This document shows, one piece after another, positions 11,580 to 24,244 of a stretch of 64,000 nucleotides of DNA (position 1 is the stretch's first letter; every line of letters starts with the position of its first letter). The position numbers were made by a program, and so were the translations under genes. Source of the DNA: Eledone cirrhosa (Eukaryota); contig OZ024743.1 of NCBI GenBank assembly GCA_964016885.1, positions 60,140,001 through 60,204,000 of the forward strand, in the 5' to 3' direction. The notes beneath the pieces are model-generated. The model ran no database searches and was not told the DNA's origin. It saw nothing but the letters and a program-made list of their open reading frames with translations.

Positions 11580-14500
11580 GTTCTTTGAGTGTCAGTCATT
11601 GATGTTAGTTAACTGGAAAGTTTGTTGAAATGAATATCAAGCCAGTACCTGCAGCCTCAGATATTCAGGACGTATCGGTGGATTCTTGCTGTTCCCAGCA
11701 AGCATGCCTTTTGAAGCTTTACAAAATGCGTGGCGGAGTCAATTTTCTTTAACCATCCTTGGAAACATTTTGAGATAGTCCCTAGTGCGCCTATGACAAT
11801 CGGGACCACTTTGACTTCATGGCAGTTCCAAATCCGTTTTACCTCCCACTTTAAGTCCTGGTATCGGTTAATGTTCTCCCTCTCCTTCTCTTGCACTCTC
11901 GTGTCGAATGGGCAGGCCACATCCACAATCAGGCACGATCTTTTTTCCTTGTCCAAAACCACCAGGTCAGGTCTATTGAGTTCCAGTGTCTTGTCCGTCT
12001 GTGTCCTAAAATCCCACAGCACCTTCACCTGATCGTTTTCTATCACCGCCTCTGGCTTATGCTCATACCAGTTCTCAGAATGTGGTAAATTGTTTACTTT
12101 GCATAGGTGCCAGTGGATCACCCTGCCCATCACATCATGTCTCCAGCCCTTATAGTGAGTCTGGGCTAGGTGTTTACACTCGGATACAATGTGAGCCACA
12201 GTCTCCTCTCTCTCTCCACAGATCCTGCACAGTGGGCTAGCCTGCTCCTTGTAACTAGGGTGTTTCAACCACTTCGTTTTGAGGGCCTGCTCCTGCGCAG
12301 CCATTAACATTTCTTCTGTACCCTCCTTTTTCAACCAGTTCCATGTCTGTGGATCTCTAAATTCAGTTTTCTCAAAGAAGGTACTATGAAGGGATTTTTC
12401 CTGAAGGCTGCTCTTTCTCCTTGATGTTATTTCGTTCTTGGACATCCCCTGGCCTATTGTCCCCTCCTTCAGTACAGTTCTGAGCATTGGCTCCTTACTA
12501 TCAGTCACGTATTTGTGTAGGTTGTTTTCCTCCATCTGAACACAGTCCTCTATACTGATAAGACCTCTTCCACCTTCAGATCTCCTTAAGTAGAGTCTAT
12601 CGACATCACTCCTCCTGTGGAACATGTTGTAGATAGTCAATAGCTTCCTAGTCTACCTATCCATTTCTTTTTGTTCAGCAATATTCGATCTCTTAATTCC
12701 CGCACTGTACCTAATAATAGACACTGCTCGAGAATTTACTGCACTTATGGCATTCCTACTGTTCAGATGTGACTTTAATACGCTCCTTACTCTCCGAATA
12801 TATTCAGTTCTTATCAATTCCTTCATTTTTTTGTTCTTGATGTCATCAGCCTCCAGAACCCCCAAATACTTGTATCCTTTTTCAGAGTCAATTTCCTTTA
12901 TCATCTCACCTGTTGGTACCTGGATTCCGTTACTTCTGCTCAACTGACCCATCTTCATCACAATGACTCCACACTTACTAATACCAAATTGCATACATAT
13001 ATCATTGCTGAAAATACGGACAGTGTCAACAAGCACGTCCAAGTCCTTCTCACTCTTCCCGAAGAGCTTAAGATCGTCCATGAAGAGGAGGTGATTGATG
13101 GTAAGCCCTCCCTTTCCCAACCTGTATCCTGCTCTCACTTTTCGCAGTACACTGGTCAGGGTCATCAGGGCAAGGACAAACAGCAGAGGGGACAGACTAT
13201 CTCCCTGGAAGATACCTCTCTGATCTTCACGCTTCCCAAGGATTCTCCAGTTGATGTTAACTCTGTTTCCCAGGACTTCATACTTTTGCCCAATAACTGT
13301 CTGATGTTATCTTCCACCTTGAAGATCTCTAGGCTTTTGGTGATCCAAGAATGAGGCACCATGTCAAATGCCTTTTTGTAGTCTATCCATCCCATGGCAA
13401 GACCAGTGTGTGTCCTCTTGCAATTCCTCATTACCATCTTATCAATAAGTAACTGGTCCTTTGTACCACGTGACTTCTGTCGGTATCCTTTCTGTTCGTC
13501 CGGTAACAAGTTGTTTGTGTGGAGGTGATGGTAGATTTCCTCAGACATAATGCTTGTCAACAGTTTCCACATTACGGACAGACATGTGATAGGTCTATAG
13601 TTGGTATCATCATTACCCTTGATTTGGTCTTTCATTATCAGAACTGTGGTACCTTTTGTCAACCACTCTGGTACCTCACCTGACATCAAGCAGTCATTGA
13701 ACATGGTTGTCAGTTTCGGGTGGAGGGATGTTATATTTTTAATCCAATACCCCTGCACACCATCTGGGCCTGGTGATTTCCAGTTGGTTAATTTTTTGCC
13801 CTGCCCCTTAAGAGTTTTAACGATGATACTCAAATCAGTTTGTTGGTGTGCCTGTTCACTAATCTCCTTCTGTACTGTCTCAATCCACACTGCCTGGTCA
13901 TTATGTTTAACATCCTGCTCCCATATTCCTCTCCAGAATGTTTTAGTTTGTTCCGCCTCAGGGATCAAGTCGTTGCCCCTTTCTTTCCCTTCAAGCTGTC
14001 CAAACAGCATCTTCTGGTTGTTGTCGAACATGCGGTTCTGTCTACACTGACTGACTCTGTTCACGTATCGCCTGATTTTTGCACTCTTTGCTACAATGCG
14101 TTGCTTCAGTTCCTCTATGATAATGGTTAGCTTTTTCCTCCTAGTTTTGTACTTTATTTCCAGTCTATTTTTAGTGTCTATGTTTTTTAGTGTCCCATTC
14201 AGTAGGGACTCAAGCTTTCCAATGTCATTTCTCATTTCCCTGATTTGACCACTCAGTCGTTTCTTCCACCAAGGCTCTGCTCTTTCTTGTCTGTTGTTTG
14301 CTCTCGCTTTTATACCAAGTAGTTTCCTCACCGTATTTGCTGTTGCTTTGAGGATATTGTTGCACTGGTGAAGGCTCCTCGGCTCAAGGTATGGGATGAC
14401 TTTGTTTACCTTAGCTGTTGTTTCTTTTAACTTTTTCCTGTCTACAAATCTTAGGTTCATAGGTCTCCCACTATCATTGTTCAATTCATCTACCACTAAG

Positions 14501-15200
14501 TTTAGTATATCAACCAAATCTTGTCCTAGCCCGTCAGCATTCATCTCCTGTGGCCGTATCTCTGTTCCAGGTATTATTTATCTCAGCATTCAGATCATTG
14601 TCTGCTTCGGGTGGTTCCTCCGTTCTCTCGACCTCTTCACCTTCATTTCCCACTGGCTCGTTTGCCTGGCATACTGCACTCTCCATCTCCAAGCTAATCT
14701 CTCTGCTCAGTTCCTCCAGTTCCAGCTCGCTTATCCACCCATTCATTAGTTCTTATTACCCGACTCTGCCCGGCCAATTTTTGTTCATCTAATTTAAATA
14801 GACCAATCTCGTTCCAGATGTTATGCATCCGTTTCCTATAGCCTTTCTCCTTGGGGTTACTCTTCAGGTAACATTGCATAACAGTTCTATTCAATTCTTT
14901 CGTCCAGTTGGTTCTGATCCCTTTCCTTCTTCTTCTTCCTCCGACACCAGCAGTATTTGGTTGACAGCCAGGTCCCTGCTGCTGAGCCAGGGAGCAGCTG
15001 TTGGGTGAGAGTCTGTCACATGACATTCTAGTCTCCATTTCACCGTTATTCGAAATGTTTAGGTTCGACATTTAAACACTCTTATCGAGGATTGGCGAAT
15101 GTATGGTTACATAACCACCGGTGATTTCATCACCTCTGGTGATTTCGTCACTCCACGTGATTTTTGTGTGGCAGTATCACGCTGTAGACGAACATAAATA
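11580..15200 (-). mobile_element. R4/Dong-clade non-LTR retrotransposon (RT + restriction-like endonuclease), near full length, frameshifted
   Basis: Minus-strand ORFs spanning 15071-11657: N-terminal WTKELNRTVMQCY..GYRKRMHNIW; RT NWKSPGPDG, NYRPITCL, WIDYKKAFDMVPH, HLLFMDDLKL, YKYLG; CRICGEREETVAHIVSEC; RHD; RPDLVV..DVACPFD (PD-D/E nuclease). The 3' end abuts (TAA)n. The 5' boundary is approximate. Confidence 0.92.
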
Positions 15201-15492
15201 AACAAACAAACAAACAGGCCAACAAAAACCCCAAACATGAATAAGCATAAGTTTCATCGTAATGTAATGTTTGCATGTCTGACTTAGTTTTTCCCCTTCC
15301 CTTCTCTGTCGGTCTGTTTGTTTTCCCCTTCATTTTTCTTTTCTTTACGTTTTTCGTTGTTGCTGTGCTGCTTTGATTTTGATTTTTGTTTTTTTGATTT
15401 TGACCGGGTCATCAATTCAGTCTATTTATATATTTTGATGCCTTCCTCTTTTAGTGGGGGCACTACGATGTAGTAGGGGTAGCGGGAGAGAT

Positions 15493-15690
15493 TAGCGGCG
15501 GTAGTGATAATGAGGCAGTGGTGGTGGTGGTGGTGGTGGCGGTGCTGTGCTAGCAACAACTAGCGGCGGTAGTGATAATGAGGCAGTGGTGGTGGTGGTG
15601 GTGGCGGTGCTGTGTTAGCAGCAACTAGCAGGAGGTAGTGGGAGATAATAGCAGCGGTAGCGATAATGAGGCAGTGGTGGTGGTGATGTG
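15493..15690. repeat. Tandem ~68 bp repeat with (GGT)n core, about 2.5 copies
   Basis: tagcggcggtagtgataatgaggcagt(ggt)n..gctgtg recurs at 15493 and 15561, with a partial copy at ~15650. Confidence 0.8.
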
Positions 15691-15891
15691 ATCGTAGTAC
15701 TGTAGTGATGGTGTTGAAGTTGGAGTAGAAATAGCGGTTGAGACGACTTGACCAGAGTTTTCGTCGTGGTAGTGGTGGTGCTGTTGGTGGTGAAATTATC
15801 TTTAGTTTTTTAGTCATTTTGTCATTTTTCTCCTTTTCGACTCTAACATTCCTGATCCAAAATTAAATATTAATCTTGTTTATTATTATTA

Positions 15892-16233
15892 TTCCCAGCA
15901 TTTTGTTGAAAGATGGGTGAGAGAAGCAAGAATGGCCCGAGTGAATGGGCCGACTCTGAGTATATATCTGTAAACTAAAGGTGGAAAACTGGGAGAGGGC
16001 ACTTGCCTTGGTGGTCAGGGTCATTGTGGCTTTTTACTGGGCTTTCTCCACAAATGTCCCTCCGAAGTCTCCCCCCTATTGGGGAATTTTTCATTGTTAT
16101 TTTCATTGTTATTTTTGTTACATCCTCTGTTTTTGTTTTTTTACACGCAGAAATGCCCATTTGTACCGTCCTGCATTGTCCTGCACTGTCCTTAATGTCT
16201 ACTTTATGTAAACCCTTGTGGTTAATAAAGAAA

Positions 16234-16283
<50 letters not shown>
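15892..16283 (+). mobile_element. 5'-truncated Tx1 3' fragment (copy D), closest to copy C
   Basis: ttcccagca..tttgttgaaagatgggtgagagaagcaagaatggc matches ~11247 onward. AATAAA at 16224, (ATT)16 tail; preceded by (ATT)4 at 15882-15893. Confidence 0.9.
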
Positions 16284-16529
16284 GGTATTATTTTTGCTGC
16301 TGTAGTTGTGTTGTTACAGTGAATAATATCATTTTTATACAGTTTTTATCATAAATAAATTGCCCACAATTATGTTCATGTAGCAGACTGGACATGCTTA
16401 CAGTCGCATCACCTTGGTCTTAACGAGTAGGAAGAATATTTATGCTACTAAACAAGGATAAATTTGAGTTAATCCACTCTGAAAAAGAAGATGCAGTTCA
16501 GTTATTTAAGTAACCATATTATCTTCCTT

Positions 16530-17270
16530 CAAGAGAAATCTTCGTGGTCTGCAGACAAACACAGAGGTATTGGAGTATTTGTTTATAACAACTTAATTTG
16601 GAGTACCCATATAAACAACAAAGTTGACATGGCCCACAATGTGTGGCCTTGGCTCCTCCTTAGACTTTCAGATATTCTCATTATCTTGCTCCTCTTCTCT
16701 TCCTTAGTCTCATTTCAATTTGAATACTCTTGTCTTCTATTGTCTCCCACCTCCACCATAAAAAAGGAAAATGAATTAATATGATAATTAAAGCCTCCAG
16801 ACGTCAATTGAATAAAAAAGGATAGACGGCATGACCGGCCTAGAGTATTGGGATCGACTAGAAATTTAAGCTCTACAACGTTAAGCTACATTATTTGTAT
16901 GATGTGCGGTGAATTGGCAGTATCGGTAGAGGGTCGGACACCATGCTTTCCAGCATAGTTACGTCCCTTTACGATCTGAGTTCAAATCACGCCGCGGTTG
17001 ACTTTGCCTTTCATCCTTATGGGGTCGATAAAATAAAATACCAGTAATACACTGGGTAATTGCTGGCCTTGTGCCAAAAGTAGAAACAATTATTCGTATG
17101 ATGTGCTGCATATTCCATCAACATTGCCTATATGATATCGGCATCACCTTTTAAAACCTCCAAGTCTTTCTATCACCTTTAATCTTTCTTCATAAAAGAT
17201 TAACTTCTGATACGCTGAGACATTTTTCCTTTTTCTCACAAAGAGTAAACTAACAAGACTTTGGAATATT
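16530..17270 (+). mobile_element. Highly decayed CR1/Jockey-group LINE ORF2 C-terminal fragment, interrupted by a SINE
   Basis: GIGVFVYNNLIWSTHINNKVDMAH...LLFSSLVSFQFEYSCLLLSP resembles the post-RT pattern DLGV..LxWxxHI..KA..LYxSLVxPxLEY..WSP. Confidence 0.6.
16906..17088 (+). mobile_element. tRNA-derived SINE with a MetaSINE-like central domain and 17 bp TSD
   Basis: A box-like TGGCAGTATCGG, B box GAGTTCAAATC, core GACTTTGCCTTTCATCCTTATGGGGTCGATAAAAT. TSD attatt(t/c)gtatgatgtg at 16890-16906 and 17089-17105. Confidence 0.85.
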
Positions 17271-17305
17271 CTACCCTATGTTTGTCTTTTGTCAAATATT
17301 CAGTT

Positions 17306-17321
17306 ATATATATGTATATAT

Positions 17322-17405
<84 letters not shown>
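17306..17405. repeat. (TA)n(GA)n microsatellite
   Basis: Read directly from the sequence. Confidence 0.95.
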
Positions 17406-17410
<5 letters not shown>

Positions 17411-18599
17411 ATGGGGAGAAAGAGAGAAACAAAGAAAACACTATCAGTAAACAACACATAATATATTTGTTTAAAGTTAATCAAATATGCATATACTTTT
17501 ATGTTTATAACTATGACAGACTGCGTGGTAATGTCGCCATATCATCAATTATGTATGTATGTCTTGATATATATTATATTCTGTGTTTCTGTTTATTTGT
17601 GAGAAACATGAATACACTTAAAAGAAAACATTAGAAGAGTGATGTCAATATATGTAACTAGATTCACGACAACATCATTAAATTTATAATATGATATAGT
17701 TTATAGAATAGATTTTCTGGAAGAAAAAACTTTACATCATGTTGGTGAATTGTAACTGAAGTTAAATGTGTTTCTCTCTAAATATTAACGAGACTTATGC
17801 TGATCTAGTTTGATTAAAATTTGATGGCAGAGTAGTGGGATTGAAATAAGTTTATCTCACGAAAAATAAAGTTTACAAACTAAATATATTATGTACTATA
17901 TACACGCTTTCACAATAGTTTACTCAGTTATTGTTAAACGTGTTTACATACAGACGCGATCCCCAGATCAGACAAAATAACCTATTTTTCCACTGAAAAT
18001 TGCTAATACTATCAGCAGGGGATAACATTCCATTCTTTAACAATCTCCCACAACACACTATAACTCGATTTGTATTTATATTATTGACACCGAAAGAATT
18101 GTGTTTCTCCAGATTTAAACACAGAGAACTGTGAATCTGACGAAATACCGAAAAGTTGAATGCGATGCGCCAAAGAACTCACTAATTCACCGGAGTTCGG
18201 GAATACAAAAATAAAGCAAATACTCTGTTATTTATATCCGTTGAGTGTGTATGAATTTATCGTGTGCCCTAAAAGGGCCCTAGAGTATCAGATTTCTTCC
18301 TATCTAAAACAATAATATTCACAATTTCTAGCAATATATGTGTTATAACAGACACTCCAAGAAATCTCTCTGTATTTCCGCCTAATTTCACCTCATGTGA
18401 CATTAGATTTTAATATGTTTTAATATGCATGACCATTGACATTCTGCTTTCATATTATCAAGCATCTAATGCTGAGACAGTTCTTATGGAACTTCCCCTG
18501 TTTCGAATATGAGTGTTCCAGTAGTCATGTTGTTTGGTCAAAGGAATAGATTGCACTTAAAATGAACATGTAATTGGCTGAGACACGTAACGTAACTTT

Positions 18600-18825
18600 C
18601 AGGATGTTTCAGCATGACACAGTGTGTGACAATGCTTGCCTTTTGAAATACATGTACAGTCATATGACAGGCTTCAAAAAAGTTTCCTTCTACTCAACTT
18701 GCCTCAAAAGGGATAGATCGAACTAAGGAGATGGTAAATGAAATTTCCACCGTGAGGACAGAGTGGGATTGAACCCGAGACCTAATGATTACGAAGTCAA
18801 CAGTTTATCCATTCTGCCACGCTGG
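18600..18825 (-). mobile_element. Decayed tRNA-derived SINE of a second family
   Basis: The reverse strand has a B box-like GGGTTCAATCCC (gggattgaaccc at ~18766) and a tRNA-like head near 18820. Confidence 0.5.
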
Positions 18826-21157
18826 GACAAATGAGATTTGTATAGTCTATCACCATGATTTTATACTAGAGGCAGTATAGTAAAGCAAACAGTTTTTTCT
18901 CATAACTACCAAGACTAGTGTTTTGAAACTCTAGTAATTGAAATCACTGTATAACTAATGGGAAAATAATTTTAATTAATATGAAATTTATAGATGGTTT
19001 TAGGCAATAAATTACATCATCGTCCGATGCCACTCACATAGGTCAGAGTTTGCTCCCGAAGAAAATATGTCGTGATAAATGATGTTTTATTACAATTGAA
19101 ATATTTACGAGTATGGCATTCGATCTAAATATGTTACTGCATATCTCTATTCAAACATACATCTTTACATTTTAACTTGAAGGTCACGATAAAATAATTT
19201 TCACAATTATATAGGACATGGCATATTAAAAACCATGGCAGTATTAAAAACCATAGGTACCAGTATAAAGTTATTGTACTATTTGTTGTGCATTCGTAGT
19301 TTAAATTGTTTGCCTGCGGGATCACAGCTTCACATACTTGAAATAAATATTCAAAGGAATTTGAATAGTATGATTAAAAATACTTTCCCTTTTAAAACAG
19401 AATAGGGAAAAATGTTTGCGTCAGATACGTAGAAAATAGCTTATAGTTCTATGAGCAGTTTAACGAATAGATTTGACCGAGAGCATTTGACTGGTTACAT
19501 ATCAAATTAATATGGTTCTTATTTTGTCTTATGCTATAAGTAAGAATTTGAATTATGGAGAAATTAATTCGGTTTTTAATTTTAAAATATTCATGATTAT
19601 TTTAAAGGAAATATGGAGTTTAGAATTAGATAATTTATTTTGTGGTTTGATGGCTTTGCAGTATTCGTGCCGGGGTCTCTATGAATTTATATTCGTCAAA
19701 GGTCAATTTTACGTTTGTTCTCTTTGAGGCTGATAAATAGTAATCTCTAGTAATTGCGTCGATTCTTCATTTATTTCCTTATCAGTTTCTCTTTTTCTCT
19801 CTGGAAAAAATCACCTATGTTTAAATCTGCAGAGGGATGGAATTCACCAGAGTTATCTATCATGACAGGTCAACTACGACTACATCAATATTTGAGGAAC
19901 CATGGATGAACGCTGTTGTCAAATTTTGATAAATAACATTGCAAATGGAATAAACTTGATCATATTTTCAAAAACTGTTCTCCGAAAGAGGCCAGAGTCG
20001 GAGGAAAGAAGCTATAGTTGTGACGCAAGACTATGACGATCTACTATGAAATCCAACCGTTCGAAAATACTGAACGAGTCGATATAATGCTACAAACCAT
20101 TATCGAACATTCATGTCAATTATTTCCTTATTGATTAAGTCTAAATTAGTTTTCTCTCGTCTGTCTTCATAATGCTTTAAAGAGTGGATAGTTCTTTCTT
20201 TTTTCTTATTTTTAACCATCAAATTACGATAAACATTTAACAGGTAAAAACTATTTCCCTTTCAGATGAAATTTAGTACAGGATAACGTTTTTTTATGGA
20301 TATAAATTTCTTGGATGTTGTCAGTTTGAATATCATTAAGGAACTGTTAGCTGAGAATTATTGAGAAAAGAAATAAACAATTCTCCATCGTGAAACCTAT
20401 TTACAGAAACCAATTCTATTTTTGGTATTCTTCATGAAGTTGAATATATCAATTCTTCACGTAAAATCAGTTAGCATACTGGATTTTAGCATAGTACGTT
20501 AGGTGCTGTGGGGAGAAAGATTTAGAAAGTTTTCAAGTGTTTGGAGACAACATTTCTTGAATCTCATAAATAATGTATAAGAAGGAATTTGCCATTGCAA
20601 TGTTCATTTACATTCTCCGATAACCAAGAATGTGTAAAACACACGAGAATTCACAGATATTGGCACACAAAACAGTACGAACTAACACATTCATACACTC
20701 TCATACATACAGACAAACACATACACCGAAAGGAACACACTCACACGCACGTATTCACACACTAACATATGTAAATACATACGTATAAATACACACGTAG
20801 AAGGATATTTTTTGTTAATATATTATTATATTTGAAATCAGCAAACATGAGGTAAATAAAGTATTTAATATATGGTATACAGACAATTGTTCCATATAAA
20901 ATGTGTGCCAAAATTCGAAATTTCACTATTCTAAGCTTTTCAAATTACACACATCCACGGAGAAACACATGTACTTTAGTGATGCCAATTACGTAGGCAA
21001 GTTGCAAGATGGTGTGACCAAGATCTACATGTATATTCACTGAGGTTATACTCAAGCAGTTGTAACATATAGGTGGTGATTAACGTGTGCATGGGTTCGT
21101 GTGTGCATGCGTTTGTGTGTACGTATATATATTTATATATATACGTATATGCGCGCG

Positions 21158-21233
<76 letters not shown>

Positions 21234-21529
21234 TATATACGAAGATATACAGAACTTGTGAAGTCTATCCGGTTGAACGTAGTTCTACATATACTAGCTG
21301 AACATATATGTTTTAAAATATTAAAAAACAGGTAAATGTGAATAACTAATATTAGCAATTGTCCCAACGAAACCTCAACGCATCACTTAAAGGGAAATTC
21401 AATGATTTTATATTAAGATTGACATTTTAAAGCGCAGAATAAAATATATGTGTAGATAAATCTACCAAAATATACGGCAGTGTCCAATCCGTATGAAGAA
21501 CGCAATGTAATCCAAATATGTGTCTCTGT

Positions 21530-22000
21530 TGATTCTCTCGGACCACATATCATTAGTTCTACTAAGTTATGATCCGATAAAATTGTTGGGGTCACCTTTA
21601 CATTGTGGATGAGCACTTCGTTGTTTGTAAAACAGATATATAGGTCATTCTCTCCTCTTGTTGGGATGAGTACTGCATGTTCCATGAACAGCCTGTGTTG
21701 GAGAGCCAGCAGGGACACCGTCTGTCTCTGTTCTAGGGATGTCATTCCGGGGAGGATGTGGCCCTCAAGCCATTTGACCTTTGGCAGGTTGAAGTCTCCC
21801 AGCAGTGGAATATTGAGACCCTGGTGCAGTTTGTCAAGGGCCTCTTCTCTCCTACTGAGGCTATCCTCAAATTTACCCTCATGACTGGAGACATCGGGTG
21901 GCCGATTTGTGACACATATTAATGTCTTTAGTTGCTTCATATGTACTATCAGTGTGTCACAGACTGAGTTTAAATGTGTCAACAGTACAATTGGTGTGAC
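21530..22000 (-). mobile_element. Isolated APE endonuclease fragment of a CR1/L2/Jockey-group LINE
   Basis: LLGDFNLPKVKW, PTRGENDLYICFTN, LSDHNLV in ORF 21413-22144. Confidence 0.8.
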
Positions 22001-22019
22001 ATCTTCACGGATATACAGA

Positions 22020-22087
<68 letters not shown>

Positions 22088-22215
22088 ATATATGTATGTA
22101 TATTTATATATAGTATTAATAATAAATGTGAAGATAAAATCCAAAGAGGGATTGATAAGGTTATATATATATCAAATATATAAGAACCCTAGAGCAAATA
22201 TATATATATATATAT

Positions 22216-22952
22216 ATGTATAATAATATTGTATTTCCAAAGAAATACGGTTTTAGGAAGCCGTAGCTATGCAAACACGGGGGTGGGGGGCTAACGCCTT
22301 CTGGTGATGTCCAGCAGAAGAAAGGGGGACAACCATCTATGCATTTCAGGCTTAACTGGCCATCGTCTGGACGGTCCCACCCACTGTTTGCGACTGCTCG
22401 ACTAGAAGACAGGAAAGAATATATAGTTTTCTCGTCTGTGTAAATGAAGTGAAATGCATAGACGGTTGTCCCCCTAGCTTCTGCTGGACATCACCGGAGG
22501 GTCTTAGCCCCTCCCCCCGATGCTTGCGTAGCTACGGCTTCCTAAAACTGTATTTCTTTTGGAAATACGAAATTATTATACATATTGTATAAAGCTATGC
22601 TTGAAGCGAAATCCTATTTCTTTTCTATTATAACTTTAGCCAACTTATGCAGCTTCATATGCAAATGAGATTAATCACCTCATTTACACAGACAAGAAAA
22701 CTATATATCCTCGCCTGTCTTATAGTCCAGCAGTCGCAAGCGGTGGAAGGGACCGTCCTGACGATGACCAGTTAAGCCTGAAATGCATAGACGGTTGTCC
22801 CCCTTGCTTCTGCTGGACATCTACGGAGGGAGTTAGCCCCCACTTCCCCTCCCCCGGTGTTTGCATAGCTATGGCTTCCTAAAACCGTATTTCTTTGGAG
22901 ATACGAAATTATTATACATTTTGTATAAAGCTATGCTTGAAGCGAAATCCTA
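22216..22952. mobile_element. Non-coding fold-back and tandem element with hammerheads (PLE terminal-repeat-like), between (TA)n tracts
   Basis: 22216-22448 is the reverse complement of ~22681-22918. A truncated direct copy lies at 22451-22617. Confidence 0.85.
22752..22795 (+). ncRNA. Minimal type I hammerhead ribozyme
   Basis: ACCGTC-CTGACGA-tgaccagttaagcct-GAAA-TGCA-TA-GACGGT: 6 bp stem I, intact core, palindromic stem III. Confidence 0.85.
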
Positions 22953-23314
22953 TATATATATATATATACAGAGATATCCACGGTAAGTTGTGGGGTCTAG
23001 TCTTCATGAAGAGCTCAATGTAATCCATATGTTGAAAATGTTGTAGGTTAAAATAAATCCCTGAAAACAATAAAACATTAAAAGGAAAACAGAGTTATGA
23101 TATAAAAAGAATAAAAAATAAAAATAAAAAAATTCTCTTGACAACAGCTGGTGATATCTATGTAAGTAAATATTCTCTTTATCTGATATTGTGTAACTAA
23201 CCTTACATAGATCGATATCGAAGTATAGTTACGATGTATTATCATCACCTAGAAACGAACGCAAAGCAGTGAAGAATATTTCTAATGACTTGATTTTTTA
23301 TTTCATTGTTTTAA

Positions 23315-23376
<62 letters not shown>

Positions 23377-23633
23377 TAAAAGTAAAAGAAAATGCGGACA
23401 AATTGTTCCCAGTGAAAAATAGTTTAATTAGGAATAAGTAAAAATTAGTAATAAGTATTGGTTAGTATTCAGTTTTAGTTTCAAGTTTTTACTGGTTGCG
23501 CATTTCTAATGCTTTTCAAAAATAATTTTGAGATAGAGCGCCCGTGATGTTTGCTCTACATATACATATACAATGAGGTTAAGGAACAAGGATTCAGTGT
23601 TGCATCATTAACATATTTTTCAGTAATCTGTTA

Positions 23634-23674
<41 letters not shown>

Positions 23675-23754
23675 GTATGGTTGCAAGAAAATTGCGTCCG
23701 TAGGCGGTATGACCGTTGAGCATTTGATGCTCGCGCAGAGCAGAGTATAATACT

Positions 23755-24088
23755 ATAAGGTTAAGGAATAAGGACTCAGTGTTCCATCATGACATATTTA
23801 ATAACATATTACATATGTTCCACTATCGATCAGCTCGAGGCAAGACCTATTATAGATCGAACATGACTCTGTAATCGAAAGATCGTCAGATATGCTTGCT
23901 ATATGATCTGTCTCCGATTCTATAGGAACAGAGACGAGATCATTTAGCATCTGACGATCATTCGATTACAGGGTCAGGTTCGATCTATAATAGGTCTTGC
24001 CTCGAGATGATCGATAGTGAAACATATGTAATATGTCATTAAATATTTTATGATCCAACACTGAATCCTTGTTCCTTATTCTCATTGT
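23755..24088. mobile_element. Fold-back element with long-stem-II hammerheads in both arms
   Basis: Arms ~23758-23894 and ~23946-24085 are inverted, with a central hairpin. A partial arm copy lies at 23565-23617. A (TA)n tract follows. Confidence 0.85.
23946..24035 (+). ncRNA. Type I hammerhead with extended stem II
   Basis: gcat-CTGACGA-(~60 nt, ATCGAT-type pairing)-GAAA-CATATG-TA-atatg. The minus-strand copy at 23805-23894 has stem I CATAT/ATATG but GGAA in place of GAAA. Confidence 0.7.
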
Positions 24089-24101
24089 ATATATATATAT
24101 A

Positions 24102-24186
<85 letters not shown>

Positions 24187-24196
24187 CACACACACC

Positions 24197-24237
<41 letters not shown>

Positions 24238-24244
24238 ATAAGTT

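Noticed and set aside
16906-17088. tRNA genes at the A/B-box motifs (also 31226 and 48760)
   Set aside because: No cloverleaf is evident; they have SINE bodies and TSDs.
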